Positions 9,434 through 19,306 of a DNA stretch of 64,000 nucleotides are shown here, in pieces. Within the stretch, counting starts at the first letter, position 1; each line of letters opens with the position of its first letter. Source of the stretch: Candidatus Bathyarchaeia archaeon (GTDB lineage Archaea; Thermoproteota; Bathyarchaeia; Bathyarchaeales; Bathycorpusculaceae). The stretch spans positions 96,001 through 160,000 of the forward strand of contig JBEKXL010000003.1 of NCBI GenBank assembly GCA_049512075.1, given 5' to 3'. The notes below the pieces were generated by a model that searched no databases, was not told the origin of the DNA, and was given only the letters and a program-made list of their open reading frames with translations. Position numbers and translations under genes: made by a program.

Positions 9434-9976
9434 ATGTATTCAAAAACAGTTGTCTTCCTTGGTATAATTGGAGTTTCCTTGTCGTTGATTCTAGGGCTAT
9501 TGTCAATTATAGTATGGCAAATTGTCGCTGTTCTAATCGCTGTCTCATTGGGGATTCCTAGCTTGGTCTTGAACCATGAGAGACTCAAATTAGAAGTAAC
9601 TACTAAACCGAAAGAAGGAGGGAAGGAACAGGTAACTTTGGAAAAGAAAGATACTCCACTTGAAGGAACAATACTTGTGAGTCCTAAAGGCGGTTACTCT
9701 TATGAATTCGAGTATTTAGCGAAAGGCGACCATATAAAAGGGGAAATAGTCTCGACTGAACGTATAGACATCTACTTTGTTGATAACATCAATTTCGACA
9801 AATGGAATAGAGACGTTGGTTTTGACTTTAGAGACTGCAATGAAGATGTTTTGGAAACTAAGATAGACTATTCAGTTTCCAAGAAGGGAACATGGTACGT
9901 ATTGATAGAGAACAATGGAAGAAAAGTAGCTAAAGTCAAGGTTCACTTGAGTGAACATCAAGGACAGAAATCTTAA
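9434..9976 (+). CDS. Hypothetical membrane-anchored protein with a beta-sandwich-like domain (AT-rich)
   Basis: 180-aa ORF, two N-terminal hydrophobic helices, GTWYVLIENN motif. Confidence 0.65.
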   Translation: MYSKTVVFLGIIGVSLSLILGLLSIIVWQIVAVLIAVSLGIPSLVLNHERLKLEVTTKPKEGGKEQVTLEKKDTPLEGTILVSPKGGYSYEFEYLAKGDHIKGEIVSTERIDIYFVDNINFDKWNRDVGFDFRDCNEDVLETKIDYSVSKKGTWYVLIENNGRKVAKVKVHLSEHQGQKS

Positions 9977-10124
9977 ATCTACACGGCAACTGAAGACGAA
10001 CTAAAGAACTAAAGAGGGAAACAGCTAGTCATTGTCTAACTAGCTATCAACATTATGCCCAAAGAGTAGAACTAAACCTTTAAACATTGAACGAACAACG
10101 ATAATCCTTAGGCGAAGAACCTTT

Positions 10125-11339
10125 ATGCCAAAGTCTTCTTCAAAAGCACTATCAAAAATGACAACCAAACACAATCTATGGAAAAAATGGGTTCCTACTC
10201 TTGTCCTGTTTTTGGTTCCAATTCTGCTGGGTGTACAGATAGGCATTTACTATGCTGCCCCAGAGAATTTTCCAGTCGGTGTATCTTACCTTACTCGTAC
10301 TAGATATGATCCGACTTTATTACATGATCGACCAGAATTATACAGTATCATTGGTTTTCTGCCTTGCCCAGTAGAATCGTACATTGATTGTAAAATCAAT
10401 TTGAAATCGCTGGAAGAAGTGGGAGTAAAATGGACTCAGGTGAGTCATCTTACTGATAATACCACATCCCTTGAATTGGTAGAGATAACTCTTTTTCCTA
10501 TTGATTATGTGCATGATCCAATTCTGACTCTTAACGGCCAAAATGCAGCCTTTTATTTATCTAATGATACTGGCTTGCAGTGTCTTACCGCAAAGGGATT
10601 CAATCTTACGGATACTAGCCAAATTGAGACCGTCGTAACAACATTTAATGTTGAACGTGCAGCATCCAATGAAAACAGATCTGTCAATATTCCTTGGGTT
10701 TTCAATGAAAACTATGCACAAATTATCAAGTTTCCTGCTATTGATATTGCTGTTGAAAAAAACAAGACATCTGAAGAGAGCACTTTCAAGATAGTTTTTG
10801 ATCTTCCTTTCAGACAGCTTGTAACAGGTATGAGTGGTTGGGTGGACAGATTTGATTTGCCATATTCACATTGGATTTTTCTCAATCCAAATTCAACTTC
10901 AGTTCCCTATAAAGAAGTCTATTTTGAATACCCAATAAACCAAACGGTTCAATCTAGCGGAAACACATATTACTTCAAGACTAACTTCTCCGAGCAAAAC
11001 ACAGCAGATTCATACATGATTACGACCATCCCTAGCTTTGATACAATCCTTTTTCTCTTTCCTTTCATGGCGTCACCTTTTATTATTTTCATAGAAGGTA
11101 ATACACTAGGCAAACGGGAAAAGATAAGGAACTTGAAGGGATTTCTCCGCTTCATATACGGTTTTGGTTTGTCGTATTCTTTTTGCATTGCATTTGTATT
11201 TGTTCTCACAGGTGGTCTAGTACAATCGCTTTCTTTGTTTTTCTATCTTTTAGGCATAATGAGTCCATTAGGTTTTCTTACCTTGGTCTATCCCCCCATT
11301 TCCTATGCTGTGTTACACAAAACAATTCTGAAGGTTTGA
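10125..11339 (+). CDS. Hypothetical membrane/surface glycoprotein (AT-rich)
   Basis: 404-aa ORF; N-terminal TM, many NxS/T sequons, C-terminal TM helices. Confidence 0.7.
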   Translation: MPKSSSKALSKMTTKHNLWKKWVPTLVLFLVPILLGVQIGIYYAAPENFPVGVSYLTRTRYDPTLLHDRPELYSIIGFLPCPVESYIDCKINLKSLEEVGVKWTQVSHLTDNTTSLELVEITLFPIDYVHDPILTLNGQNAAFYLSNDTGLQCLTAKGFNLTDTSQIETVVTTFNVERAASNENRSVNIPWVFNENYAQIIKFPAIDIAVEKNKTSEESTFKIVFDLPFRQLVTGMSGWVDRFDLPYSHWIFLNPNSTSVPYKEVYFEYPINQTVQSSGNTYYFKTNFSEQNTADSYMITTIPSFDTILFLFPFMASPFIIFIEGNTLGKREKIRNLKGFLRFIYGFGLSYSFCIAFVFVLTGGLVQSLSLFFYLLGIMSPLGFLTLVYPPISYAVLHKTILKV

Positions 11340-11396
11340 CAGGATGGGTATCCTAAACTACATGGTTATAAGAAAAACAAAACAGAGGGACAAAAA

Positions 11397-11945
11397 GTGA
11401 GTAAAAATAGTATGATTAGTTTGAATATTGCTTACGCACTAGGAATAATCATCATCATTTTGTTCGGTGCGGTAGTATATCTTTCAGTGAGCATAGTATC
11501 CATAAATAATAATGGCGCGTATTTCGACAGCTATGTATTACAACACGGTTATAGCAATGCTGATTATGATGCTCTGCAAAACCAAGTAAATGACTTGAAT
11601 GCCACCGCCAACCTTACAAAATCTACGGGTTGGTTCAATAACCTGACAATAAGCAATGTTGCGGGTGATGTCGTAAATTTGACACCGCCCACATCAGTTC
11701 CTTATGCAGGATATGTCGCAGTTCAAGTTAACAGCTTGACAGGAAATAACAATACGGCTGTTGAAATGATATTCTCTTCCGCGATATTCTCTTCAGGAAC
11801 CTACAATTCTGACGTTAGGCAACCAGTCGGTGTAGGTGGCACCGTAATATTTACGATTTTACCAACGACAAATCTCGTAATCAAGATAGGAACGTTAGAT
11901 GGCAGTGCCGCAACTGAAACCGTGACAATAGTATACTACTACTAA
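11397..11945 (+). CDS. Hypothetical membrane-anchored secreted protein (AT-rich)
   Basis: N-terminal TM, short coiled coil, beta-rich domain ending VYYY. Confidence 0.7.
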   Translation: MSKNSMISLNIAYALGIIIIILFGAVVYLSVSIVSINNNGAYFDSYVLQHGYSNADYDALQNQVNDLNATANLTKSTGWFNNLTISNVAGDVVNLTPPTSVPYAGYVAVQVNSLTGNNNTAVEMIFSSAIFSSGTYNSDVRQPVGVGGTVIFTILPTTNLVIKIGTLDGSAATETVTIVYYY

Positions 11946-12029
11946 ACCCACTCTCCCCCTTCAGTTTAAGCCATGCCGTACAGAAGGCTCTAGTCAAGCT
12001 GAAAGCAGAGTGCGAAAGGAAGGAAGATC

Positions 12030-12370
12030 CACCCTAGGGGTGTTTACATCATTCTTCCACGTATGGTGTGATAGCTTAATCGTTTCGCTCGCTCGCTCTC
12101 CACTCTGAACTCCATGACTGGCGTCCTTCCGTCATCCGTATAGAGCTACTCGCTGCACTTCCAATTAAGCTGTCACGTGTATCCTACTGTAGATGCTTGA
12201 TAGTATCAAGTGATTTGTGCCTTCACGGATAGTCTCTACATGCATCCACTAAGGACGGTTGAACAGTAGGCTCTATCAGTGGCCATGGAGAACACCATCA
12301 AGCATCATGGAAATAAATCATCCTTTAATCCTATGGAAAAGCATGGACAAACACCTAAACCTACACCATA
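12030..12370 (+). ncRNA. Candidate structured non-coding element (RNA or ssDNA)
   Basis: Nested stems: GGTGTTT 12039/AAACACC 12349; TTCCA 12055/TGGAA 12334; GTGATAGCTTAAT 12068/ATTAAGCTGTCAC 12164; CCTACTGT 12183/ACAGTAGG 12263; CTTGATA-G-TATCAAG 12196-12210. No ORF in the track. Confidence 0.4.
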
Positions 12371-12474
12371 GCGCGCACTAGTGTTGAAAGTCTCACTGGT
12401 GCCTTCAGCCATTTGCAGAGCGATAATTCTTTATTCGAAGAATGCCAACAAAGCACCAGCGAGGATCGCTGAGA

Positions 12475-12864
12475 ATGTTTTCCCATACGAGTATTAGAAC
12501 GTCTAACATGGACAGGTCGATTGACTTCTACATCAGATTGATGGGCTTAAAGCTTCTGAGCCGACATGAAATAAAGCAAACCAATGCGGAAATAGCTTTT
12601 CTGCAGGATCCCGAGGGAAAAGGTGCTAGACTCGAGCTGACCTACTTCAGAAACCAGAAGAAATTCATCCAAGCAGACTATGAGGATCGATTGTTCGATC
12701 ACATCGCCTTTGACATTAAAGACATGGACAAAACCATACCAAAGTTGCGAAGCGAGAAAATCACGATTACCGATGAACCCTACAAGCTTGGGCCCACAGG
12801 TCCACTGATAGCCTTCATCGAAGACCCAGATGGAAATCTGATTGAACTAATCGAGAGAAAATAG
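12475..12864 (+). CDS. VOC family protein / lactoylglutathione lyase
   Basis: HTSIRT...SIDFY...LELTY...HIAF...FIEDPDGNLIELIE. Confidence 0.88.
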   Translation: MFSHTSIRTSNMDRSIDFYIRLMGLKLLSRHEIKQTNAEIAFLQDPEGKGARLELTYFRNQKKFIQADYEDRLFDHIAFDIKDMDKTIPKLRSEKITITDEPYKLGPTGPLIAFIEDPDGNLIELIERK

Positions 12865-13006
12865 GGCGCTATAGATCTTTTGAGCGAAAGTTCTAGAAGA
12901 ATGCTATAGAAGTATCCTCTCTGAAGAGCGCGCGCTTAGTGCACGCCTCCGCTCTGCTACGCGGACGGCAGACCTAGAGAAAAAGTTTCGCAGAAAAAGG
13001 TGAGAG

Positions 13007-13381
13007 TCAGATTCGGTGCAGACAGTTACTTTTCGCGTTTGCCTTTTTCAGGCTCTCTAGATACGCTTTTTCACCACTTGTTTTCATGATTTGCTGCTGC
13101 CCGTTCACAAAGTTCATTGTGTGGTAGATTGATTCTTCTCCCGTTAGCTGTTGATCAAAAAAACATCCTTTCTTGATGCCGTTGCCCTTCAAGCTTTTCA
13201 AAAAAGCCAACGCATATGCGCAGTGTCCCACGATTTCGCATGAAGCGCATTTACCCCAATCCTCTGGGTAAAGGCAAGGACCGCACGTAAGATGACATGC
13301 TCTCTTTCCCGGGGTTAAATTCAAGTAAGTATCCCCTTCACAACGACAGCATTTGCTTTCCCAAGACTCATTCTCGTTCAT
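13007..13381 (-). CDS. Cys-rich hypothetical protein (probable metal binding)
   Basis: CCRC, CHLTCGPC, CASC, GHC; SD-like GGGCGTGA upstream. Confidence 0.6.
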   Translation of the reverse strand: MNENESWESKCCRCEGDTYLNLTPGKRACHLTCGPCLYPEDWGKCASCEIVGHCAYALAFLKSLKGNGIKKGCFFDQQLTGEESIYHTMNFVNGQQQIMKTSGEKAYLESLKKANAKSNCLHRI

Positions 13382-13558
13382 TTCTATTCACGCCCGTTAA
13401 GAAACTACATAGAGAGTATGTCGAAATACCGCTATAAGCGTTTCCCTCCTATTTCAAAATATCACTAGGTTAGCGCGCGCTAAGCGCCCCTAACGCATTA
13501 GATTACATGCTCGAAAAGTTGATTAACCAGAAAGGTAAAGTAGAGAAGGGGTACGGAA

Positions 13559-13795
13559 TTGACAGATGCATATGTATTGGCAAAAGTCGAAGCAGGACAT
13601 GATCAGGAAGTCCTCAAAGAGGTCAAGAAAATAGCAGGAGTTAGGCAAGCGACTCCGACTTACGGTGTGTATGACTTGCATGTTGAAGTTTCTTTTGACA
13701 AGATGGAAGAGCTTGACAAGTTCATCTTTGAACAAATTCGCAGAATCCCTGGGATAAAGGAAACTGCGACCTTGATAGCTTTCAAGGGGATTTAG
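13559..13795 (+). CDS. Stand-alone Lrp/AsnC ligand-binding (RAM) domain protein
   Basis: AYVLAKV...TYGVYDL...IRRIPGIKETATLI. Confidence 0.85.
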   Translation: MTDAYVLAKVEAGHDQEVLKEVKKIAGVRQATPTYGVYDLHVEVSFDKMEELDKFIFEQIRRIPGIKETATLIAFKGI

Positions 13796-14110
13796 ATGCC
13801 CAAGATGGGTTGCAGGGAAGTCCACTTTATCAAAGCAACGCAGCCGAGCCAAGTTGATTTCTTGATTGACAAGGTCAAAGAGGCTGTGGAAGGAATGAAG
13901 CTTCCTCCAGAGTATGACGTGAGAATCTACAAGAACGTTTACAGCTGCTGCGGAGTTGGAGGCCTGGGCTTGATCATTGAAGTAGTTGGACCTGAAGAGG
14001 AGAAAATAAAGGAAATTGACTTGAGAGCTGTATCAAGGATGATGGAGTTCTGTGAAAAAGAAGGCTTGGACGTGGGCCATCACACTCTGGAAAAACACGA
14101 ATCTATTTAG
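13796..14110 (+). CDS. Hypothetical protein with YSCCGVGG motif
   Basis: 104-aa ORF abutting the RAM gene stop codon. Confidence 0.7.
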   Translation: MPKMGCREVHFIKATQPSQVDFLIDKVKEAVEGMKLPPEYDVRIYKNVYSCCGVGGLGLIIEVVGPEEEKIKEIDLRAVSRMMEFCEKEGLDVGHHTLEKHESI

Positions 14111-14231
14111 ACATGCATTTGATCATGTATCGCAAGTCTTGATGGGGAACGAGCGCCATTTTGCTTGGCTAGAATCTTAGCGCAATGTGCGCTGTTAAAA
14201 CGGGAAATGTGGGTAGAAATGAGACCGTGCT

Positions 14232-14465
14232 CTATAAGTCACGTGTAATCATTGTCGCTGTTGACCTAACATTTCCAATTTTCCTAACATGAGACACAAT
14301 CTGGTTAAGCTCATCAATCGTGTTCGCGCTCACTTTTGCTATTATGTCGTAATCCCCAAGAACATAAAAGGCCTCGTCAAAACCTTGAACCTTCCTTAGA
14401 GCTTTCAAGACATCAACTTCACAACCTAAGTTCACATTCATCATAATAAACGCCTTGAACTTCAT
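14232..14465 (-). CDS. Stand-alone Lrp/AsnC ligand-binding (RAM) domain protein
   Basis: KAFIMMNV...VLGDYDIIAKV...VRSTATMI. Confidence 0.82.
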   Translation of the reverse strand: MKFKAFIMMNVNLGCEVDVLKALRKVQGFDEAFYVLGDYDIIAKVSANTIDELNQIVSHVRKIGNVRSTATMITRDL

Positions 14466-14858
14466 CTGAATCAGCTACCCTTATGCCTGCGTCTACGTGC
14501 AGATATTTAGAGCTTTTGCCTTTCCCAATCTAGTGCGTGCTACTCTCCATTTAGTGCACGCTCTCGAAAAGCATGAATCTATGTAAGCACCCAACAGAAA
14601 TGACCATCACAACGCACATACTACTCTTTTTGAAGGCTCAGTTCATAATACACTTTACGCCCATGCATCAACTGAGCGTTACAGCAAAGAAAAAGAAGGG
14701 TTATGGAGGGCGTTGCTCGTGGTGATTCGCTAACGTGACGAGGTCTGAGATGTCGTACTCGCGTCATTGCCTTGAACTAGTCCATACAAAGATATGTTTA
14801 CATACTTGCTCGAACAACAAGAACGTGAACGCGATAAGATTCTGGAGGAGGTTGAAAT

Positions 14859-15038
14859 TTGGCGAAAGATCCGATTTGCGGAATGGAAGTGAACGAGAAG
14901 ACGGCCAAGCACAAGACGGAATACAGAGGCAAAACGTACTATTTCTGCAACAAGATGTGCAAGACGACTTTTGACCAGAACCCAGCTAACTACGTCAGCG
15001 GCCAAACGCAGCCTTCGGGCCACACTGGGCATTCCTAG
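14859..15038 (+). CDS. YHS domain metal-binding protein (59 aa, not in ORF track)
   Basis: TTG start after GGAGGAGG; MAKDPICGMEV...YRGKTYYFCNKMCKTTFDQNP...GHTGHS. Confidence 0.88.
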   Translation: MAKDPICGMEVNEKTAKHKTEYRGKTYYFCNKMCKTTFDQNPANYVSGQTQPSGHTGHS

Positions 15039-15211
15039 ATTGAAAAGAAACACTTGTATTCAAAGCTCAGATGTTTCCAGTGTGTTCATCTTTTTTGGAA
15101 TCGAACCTTTCATAGCGCACCTACAGGGCGAAGACTGAGAAGCAGAACTTTGGGGCAAGCATACATATCTCCACCGGCCTGAGGAAAATACATGCGAGAC
15201 CACAGGGCAGA

Positions 15212-15448
15212 TCAAAATAGGGCTTCAGAGGCTAGGCAGCGGTGAGGCGCGCGCGCGCTCCCTATCTTCGCGTGGTCAACCTTGATAGTAAACTTTTTTA
15301 TGACGCCCTTCAACCTCAATGCTTGAACCCTTTTTCTCACAGCCGCCTCGCTCATACCCAATTTCTCTGCCATATCGTTGTAAGATTTCCGCCCGTCTTC
15401 CTCCAACATTTCGATTATTCTCTCATCTTTTTCGTCAATTTGTAACAT
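15212..15448 (-). pseudogene. Lrp/AsnC regulator, HTH only; probably truncated at a (GC)6 tract
   Basis: IDEKDERII...DGRKSY...SEAAVRKRV...GVIKKFTIKVDHAKIG, then similarity ends at GCGCGCGCGCGC (15247-15258). Confidence 0.65.
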
Positions 15449-15672
15449 TTAGAACCACTCTGTTTCGCACTTTTCGGTGCGTTTTTCGTACTTATTTGTA
15501 CGCAAAAAATAAAGACATTGCCAAAATAAAAGCCTTTTCTCCAAAAAAGATGTTAAAGATGGAAGAAGGGATTAGGATGCTTATGCGCACTACGAGTTTT
15601 ATGCAAAAAGAAAAATCCTTGAAAACACTCTTTCCTTCACCAAACAGCTTGCGTAGGAGGTGATAGATTTCG

Positions 15673-16089
15673 ATGAAGTTGAATGCAAACGCAAAGCTGG
15701 TCAAGAACTATAGGATAGACGTTGACGACGGCAGAGCTCATGCAATATGCCTTGATCTTGAACGAGACAGCGACGGAACTAACATGGGCCCTTCAGCGCT
15801 TGAACTAGCATTAATGAGCTTCGCAGGATGCTACGCAACAATATTCATGCTGACAGCACACAAAATGCGGGTGACCATAAAGGACTTGGAGATAAAGGCG
15901 GAGGCGGTTAAGTCCGAACAAGCAGGAACTATTACAGAGACAAAATTCGATATCACGACAAGAACAGATATGGCAGAAGAGAGGGTGCACAGACTACACG
16001 AATTGACAGTAAAAGGTTGCCCTGTTGGAAAGATCTTCGAAAAAGCTGGAGTCAAAACAACCTACAACCTCAAGATAGAAAAAAGGTAG
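15673..16089 (+). CDS. OsmC family protein
   Basis: GPSALELALMSFAGC...CPV motifs. Confidence 0.85.
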   Translation: MKLNANAKLVKNYRIDVDDGRAHAICLDLERDSDGTNMGPSALELALMSFAGCYATIFMLTAHKMRVTIKDLEIKAEAVKSEQAGTITETKFDITTRTDMAEERVHRLHELTVKGCPVGKIFEKAGVKTTYNLKIEKR

Positions 16090-16170
16090 CGACCGCACAT
16101 GTCGCGGGAGATTTAAATAGAGTCTTGCGCAGATAGGCAAAGCACATGAGAAGAGACGGGCGAGTGACGT

Positions 16171-16452
16171 TTGAACTTCGACCAGATAATCTCGCTGATT
16201 CAAGCAACCATAGCCCCAGACGTTCTAATCTCCGGCTGCGCCCTCCTCTGCCTTGTAATCCAAACTCGTTACGGAAGAGTTGTTGACCGAATGAGAACCT
16301 TCAACCAGGAGCACTTTGACCTGAGAAAAAGCAAGTCCTCATCCAAGTACGGTTCAGACTATGAAAGAAGAATAGAAGAGATAAGAACCGAAGTGGCAAT
16401 GCTCATGAAGAGAGGCAACTACTTGCGCGTGCTAGAACACATGTTCTTATAA
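16171..16452 (+). pseudogene. DUF2721-like membrane protein, C-terminally truncated
   Basis: IQATIAPDVLIS...QTRYGRVVDRMR; the expected downstream TM helices are missing after GCGCGTGCTAG (16425). Confidence 0.55.
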
Positions 16453-16561
16453 TAGGGTTCAAAATGGGCTTCCGGTTGAACGCGCGCCAGCCTGTTGCTA
16501 ACTCGATTTCTTTGTGTTACTTTCTGCCTAACCTGCGAGTGGCAGGATAAGGAGCACAACC

Positions 16562-18433
16562 TCAACGCCACAAGCAAAAGCCTGTTTCCTCAGTTTTCTG
16601 TAAGCGCGTAGAGTTGGGTTCTTCGTCCTTTTTTTGTAGCAGGGCTAAAGCTGAACTAACAATCAGTGTAATTGCTAAGATAGACGCCAAGATTCCAGTG
16701 CTTGGGAATTCTGGTATTTGATGGGTAGCTACGGTGAAGGAAAGCGTGCTTGAAGCTCCGACGAGGCCTAGCGTGTCTGCTGCGTAGACTGTTAGCGTGT
16801 GTGCGCCTGGGGTTAGCCCGGTCAGGGTGATGCTCTGGCTCGCGGTGGTGTTTGTTTGTCCGTCTAGGCTATAAGCGGCCCACGAGACAGGCTTGTTTAC
16901 TGTAAAGTTTAATAGTACACTATTGGTGTTAAACGTACTATTTTGCGTTGACATGATGGAAACGTTTACCGGCACGGTGTCTACTGCAAAGCTTCCAAAG
17001 TATACGGTGTTTGAGGCTCCGGTGTTAAATGCTGAGTCGGTGGCGTATACAGTTATGTTGTGGAATCCGTCTGGAAGTTGGGGCAGGGTTGTGTTTCCAG
17101 TTATGGTGGCGTTTAATCCGTTGTCTATGGCATAGCCCATCCACTGAACGGATTGGTTACTATAGAAAGTCAAGGGAACATTGCTTGAAACGTATGTCTT
17201 GTTTTCAGGAGATAAGACTGTAATGGTTGGAGGCGTAACGTCAGTTTTCAGCGTAACCGTGATAAGGTCGACATCAAGCCCGCCGTTACCGAAGATGTTT
17301 GAGGCGCCTGCCATAGCAAAATCGTTAGCGCTCATCTCAACTAGAGAATATGCTCGGGTGAACCATTTTTGCGGTTCTGTTACCGAGTCGTAGGTCTCGT
17401 TCCACAGTATGCTGCCTGACGGATCAGTTATGAGCAAGCATGCTCGATCGCCAGTCATTGCATAGTTTCCATCACTGGTCTGGATCAGTGAATACACTCC
17501 AAGCCCAGGGTAAGTTTGGCTCCACATAATGTTACCAGACGAGTCAGTCTTTACCAGCCGAGCTCCGTGCGAGCCTGTGCTATTAGTCATTGTCCAGCCT
17601 GCTAAGGCGTAGCCGCCATCGCTTGTTTTGATGACTGATTGCGTCATAGCCTCGTCACTTGGTCCAGCATAAGTCTGATTCCACTGAATGTTGCCAACGG
17701 AGTTAACTTTCACAAGCCCAAAAGCATCATTATACACAACTGCTAAAGCATAGCCACCATCGCCTGCCGAAACCACAGAATTTGCAGCTTGTCCCGGAAG
17801 CGTTTGACTCCACAACAATTTGCCGGAAGCGTCTGTTTTAACCAGCCAACTGCTCTGATAAGATCCATCTGAAGGGTTCACATAACCCGCCAAAACGTAT
17901 CCACCGTCGCCCGTTTGAATCAAACAGTTCGCCGCATCATCCAGGACACCGCCGTACGTAGCGTTCCACTGCATGACACCGTTGGAATCAGTCTTAACCA
18001 ACCACATATCAGCAGCACCAGCACCAAAAGAACGCGTGTACCCTGCGAGCGCATACCCACCGTCGCTGGTCTGAATCACACACTTCGCCACATCCTCCCC
18101 AGAACCACCAAAAGTCTCATTCCATTGCATCAAAGGACAAGAGACTGTAACATTCCCCACGGTATCGTTATAGGACGTAAACTTCAAAAGCCACATATCC
18201 AAACCACCCGCACCATAAGATGCAGTATAGCCTGCCAACGCATAGCCGCCGTCACTAGTCTTTATAATAGAATAAGCCACATCATCCTGTGATCCGCCAA
18301 AACCAGCACTACACGCTGACAATGGACCATAAGCTGCCCTAACTGGAACACAAAAACAGGAAAAACCCACCTCCAGCAAGATCAAAAACATACCAACAAG
18401 AATCATGCGATATCTTAAAGAGTGAACGTTCAT
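16562..18433 (-). CDS. Secreted beta-propeller + Ig-like surface protein with PEF-CTERM sorting signal
   Basis: Signal peptide, repeated (S/C)(I/V)IxTSDGGYALAG, PPTITVLSP...GxHNITVYA Ig-like modules, IPEFPS + TM + basic tail. Confidence 0.85.
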   Translation of the reverse strand: MNVHSLRYRMILVGMFLILLEVGFSCFCVPVRAAYGPLSACSAGFGGSQDDVAYSIIKTSDGGYALAGYTASYGAGGLDMWLLKFTSYNDTVGNVTVSCPLMQWNETFGGSGEDVAKCVIQTSDGGYALAGYTRSFGAGAADMWLVKTDSNGVMQWNATYGGVLDDAANCLIQTGDGGYVLAGYVNPSDGSYQSSWLVKTDASGKLLWSQTLPGQAANSVVSAGDGGYALAVVYNDAFGLVKVNSVGNIQWNQTYAGPSDEAMTQSVIKTSDGGYALAGWTMTNSTGSHGARLVKTDSSGNIMWSQTYPGLGVYSLIQTSDGNYAMTGDRACLLITDPSGSILWNETYDSVTEPQKWFTRAYSLVEMSANDFAMAGASNIFGNGGLDVDLITVTLKTDVTPPTITVLSPENKTYVSSNVPLTFYSNQSVQWMGYAIDNGLNATITGNTTLPQLPDGFHNITVYATDSAFNTGASNTVYFGSFAVDTVPVNVSIMSTQNSTFNTNSVLLNFTVNKPVSWAAYSLDGQTNTTASQSITLTGLTPGAHTLTVYAADTLGLVGASSTLSFTVATHQIPEFPSTGILASILAITLIVSSALALLQKKDEEPNSTRLQKTEETGFCLWR

Positions 18434-18703
18434 ACGCCAACCTCCTCGAGAGCTAAGTCTAACATGATCTCTCGCGCGCTTTTATTTCTAATGTTTAGAA
18501 CGCATGTTTTGATGATTCTCGATCGAAAGATGTGCATGGGATACGCGCCTGTTCAAAGGGCAACATTCTACCTTATCATGCCGACGCGCGCGCTGGAATT
18601 GTGTTCATAGCATTAGGGTTTCTCTATCCATACCATAGAACGCTACCACCACCTACTAACCCACAGCAACAGAAAACAAACTAGGAGTTCAAGCGCGCTA
18701 GGG

Positions 18704-18812
18704 TGTTCCTAAATTCCTTCTTTGGGTGCAGTAGGCTTGAGTTGTATCTCGCTGCAAGGGACTGTGTCATGAATGAAGAAGTATAGATCGCCCGCAAATG
18801 AATTTAGGAACA
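18704..18812. mobile_element. Candidate MITE (~110 bp) with 13-bp terminal inverted repeats
   Basis: TGTTCCTAAATTC (18704-18716) and GAATTTAGGAACA (18800-18812); no coding capacity; preceded by CTAGGG. Confidence 0.5.
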
Positions 18813-18989
18813 AGCATGCGCGCTACTCTAAAGTCTATTTTGAATAGAGCTATTAATAGTTGGAGTACTGTACGCAATTAGAGAATTCTCCACGTCATAC
18901 GCTGCAGTGATTCATGAGATCAAGAGTGAACAATAGTGAAGCACGTATCTCACGCAGCGGAAACGCGCAATTGCGTGAGAAATTGCAGC

Positions 18990-19253
18990 TTAGCCCATCT
19001 TTTTTGACGCGCGCTTAGTCTTCCGCCACTTCAGTTGGCCTCCGATCTTCTCGACCAGACCTTTTTCGCAGAGAGCTGCAAGGCTCCGGTGAGTCGAAGT
19101 GTATTCTGGCGTCTTGTAGTTTATGTCCCTCGCCCACAGAATCTCAGCTATGTCTTTCGCTGTTAACTCTTGATATTTACTCAGTATATCCAATATCTTC
19201 CTTTGGTTCTCGCCGATGTGCGTGCGCCTAATCTTCCTGACCATTCGTTTCAC
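18990..19253 (-). CDS. Small winged-helix DNA-binding protein
   Basis: QRKILDIL...LTAKDIAEIL...HRSLAALCEKGLVEK. Confidence 0.7.
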   Translation of the reverse strand: MKRMVRKIRRTHIGENQRKILDILSKYQELTAKDIAEILWARDINYKTPEYTSTHRSLAALCEKGLVEKIGGQLKWRKTKRASKKMG

Positions 19254-19306
19254 TCACACGTTTGGACCATTCCTGCTCACTTAGCGTGCGCGCCTCAGAG
19301 GAGAAT

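Noticed and set aside
10034-10113. GTCTAAC...CTTAGGC as a possible integron attC
   Set aside because: No GTT core and no internal palindromy; no integrase in the window.
12018-12035. GGAAGATCCACCC resembling RNase P CR-I
   Set aside because: No matching CR-V/P4 partner downstream, and the region is not GC-rich.
15097-15108. GGAATCGAACC (reverse T-loop)
   Set aside because: Flanks do not form T or acceptor stems.
17300-18300. Repeats in the surface-protein gene as CRISPR or tandem DNA repeats
   Set aside because: They are degenerate protein-level beta-propeller repeats.
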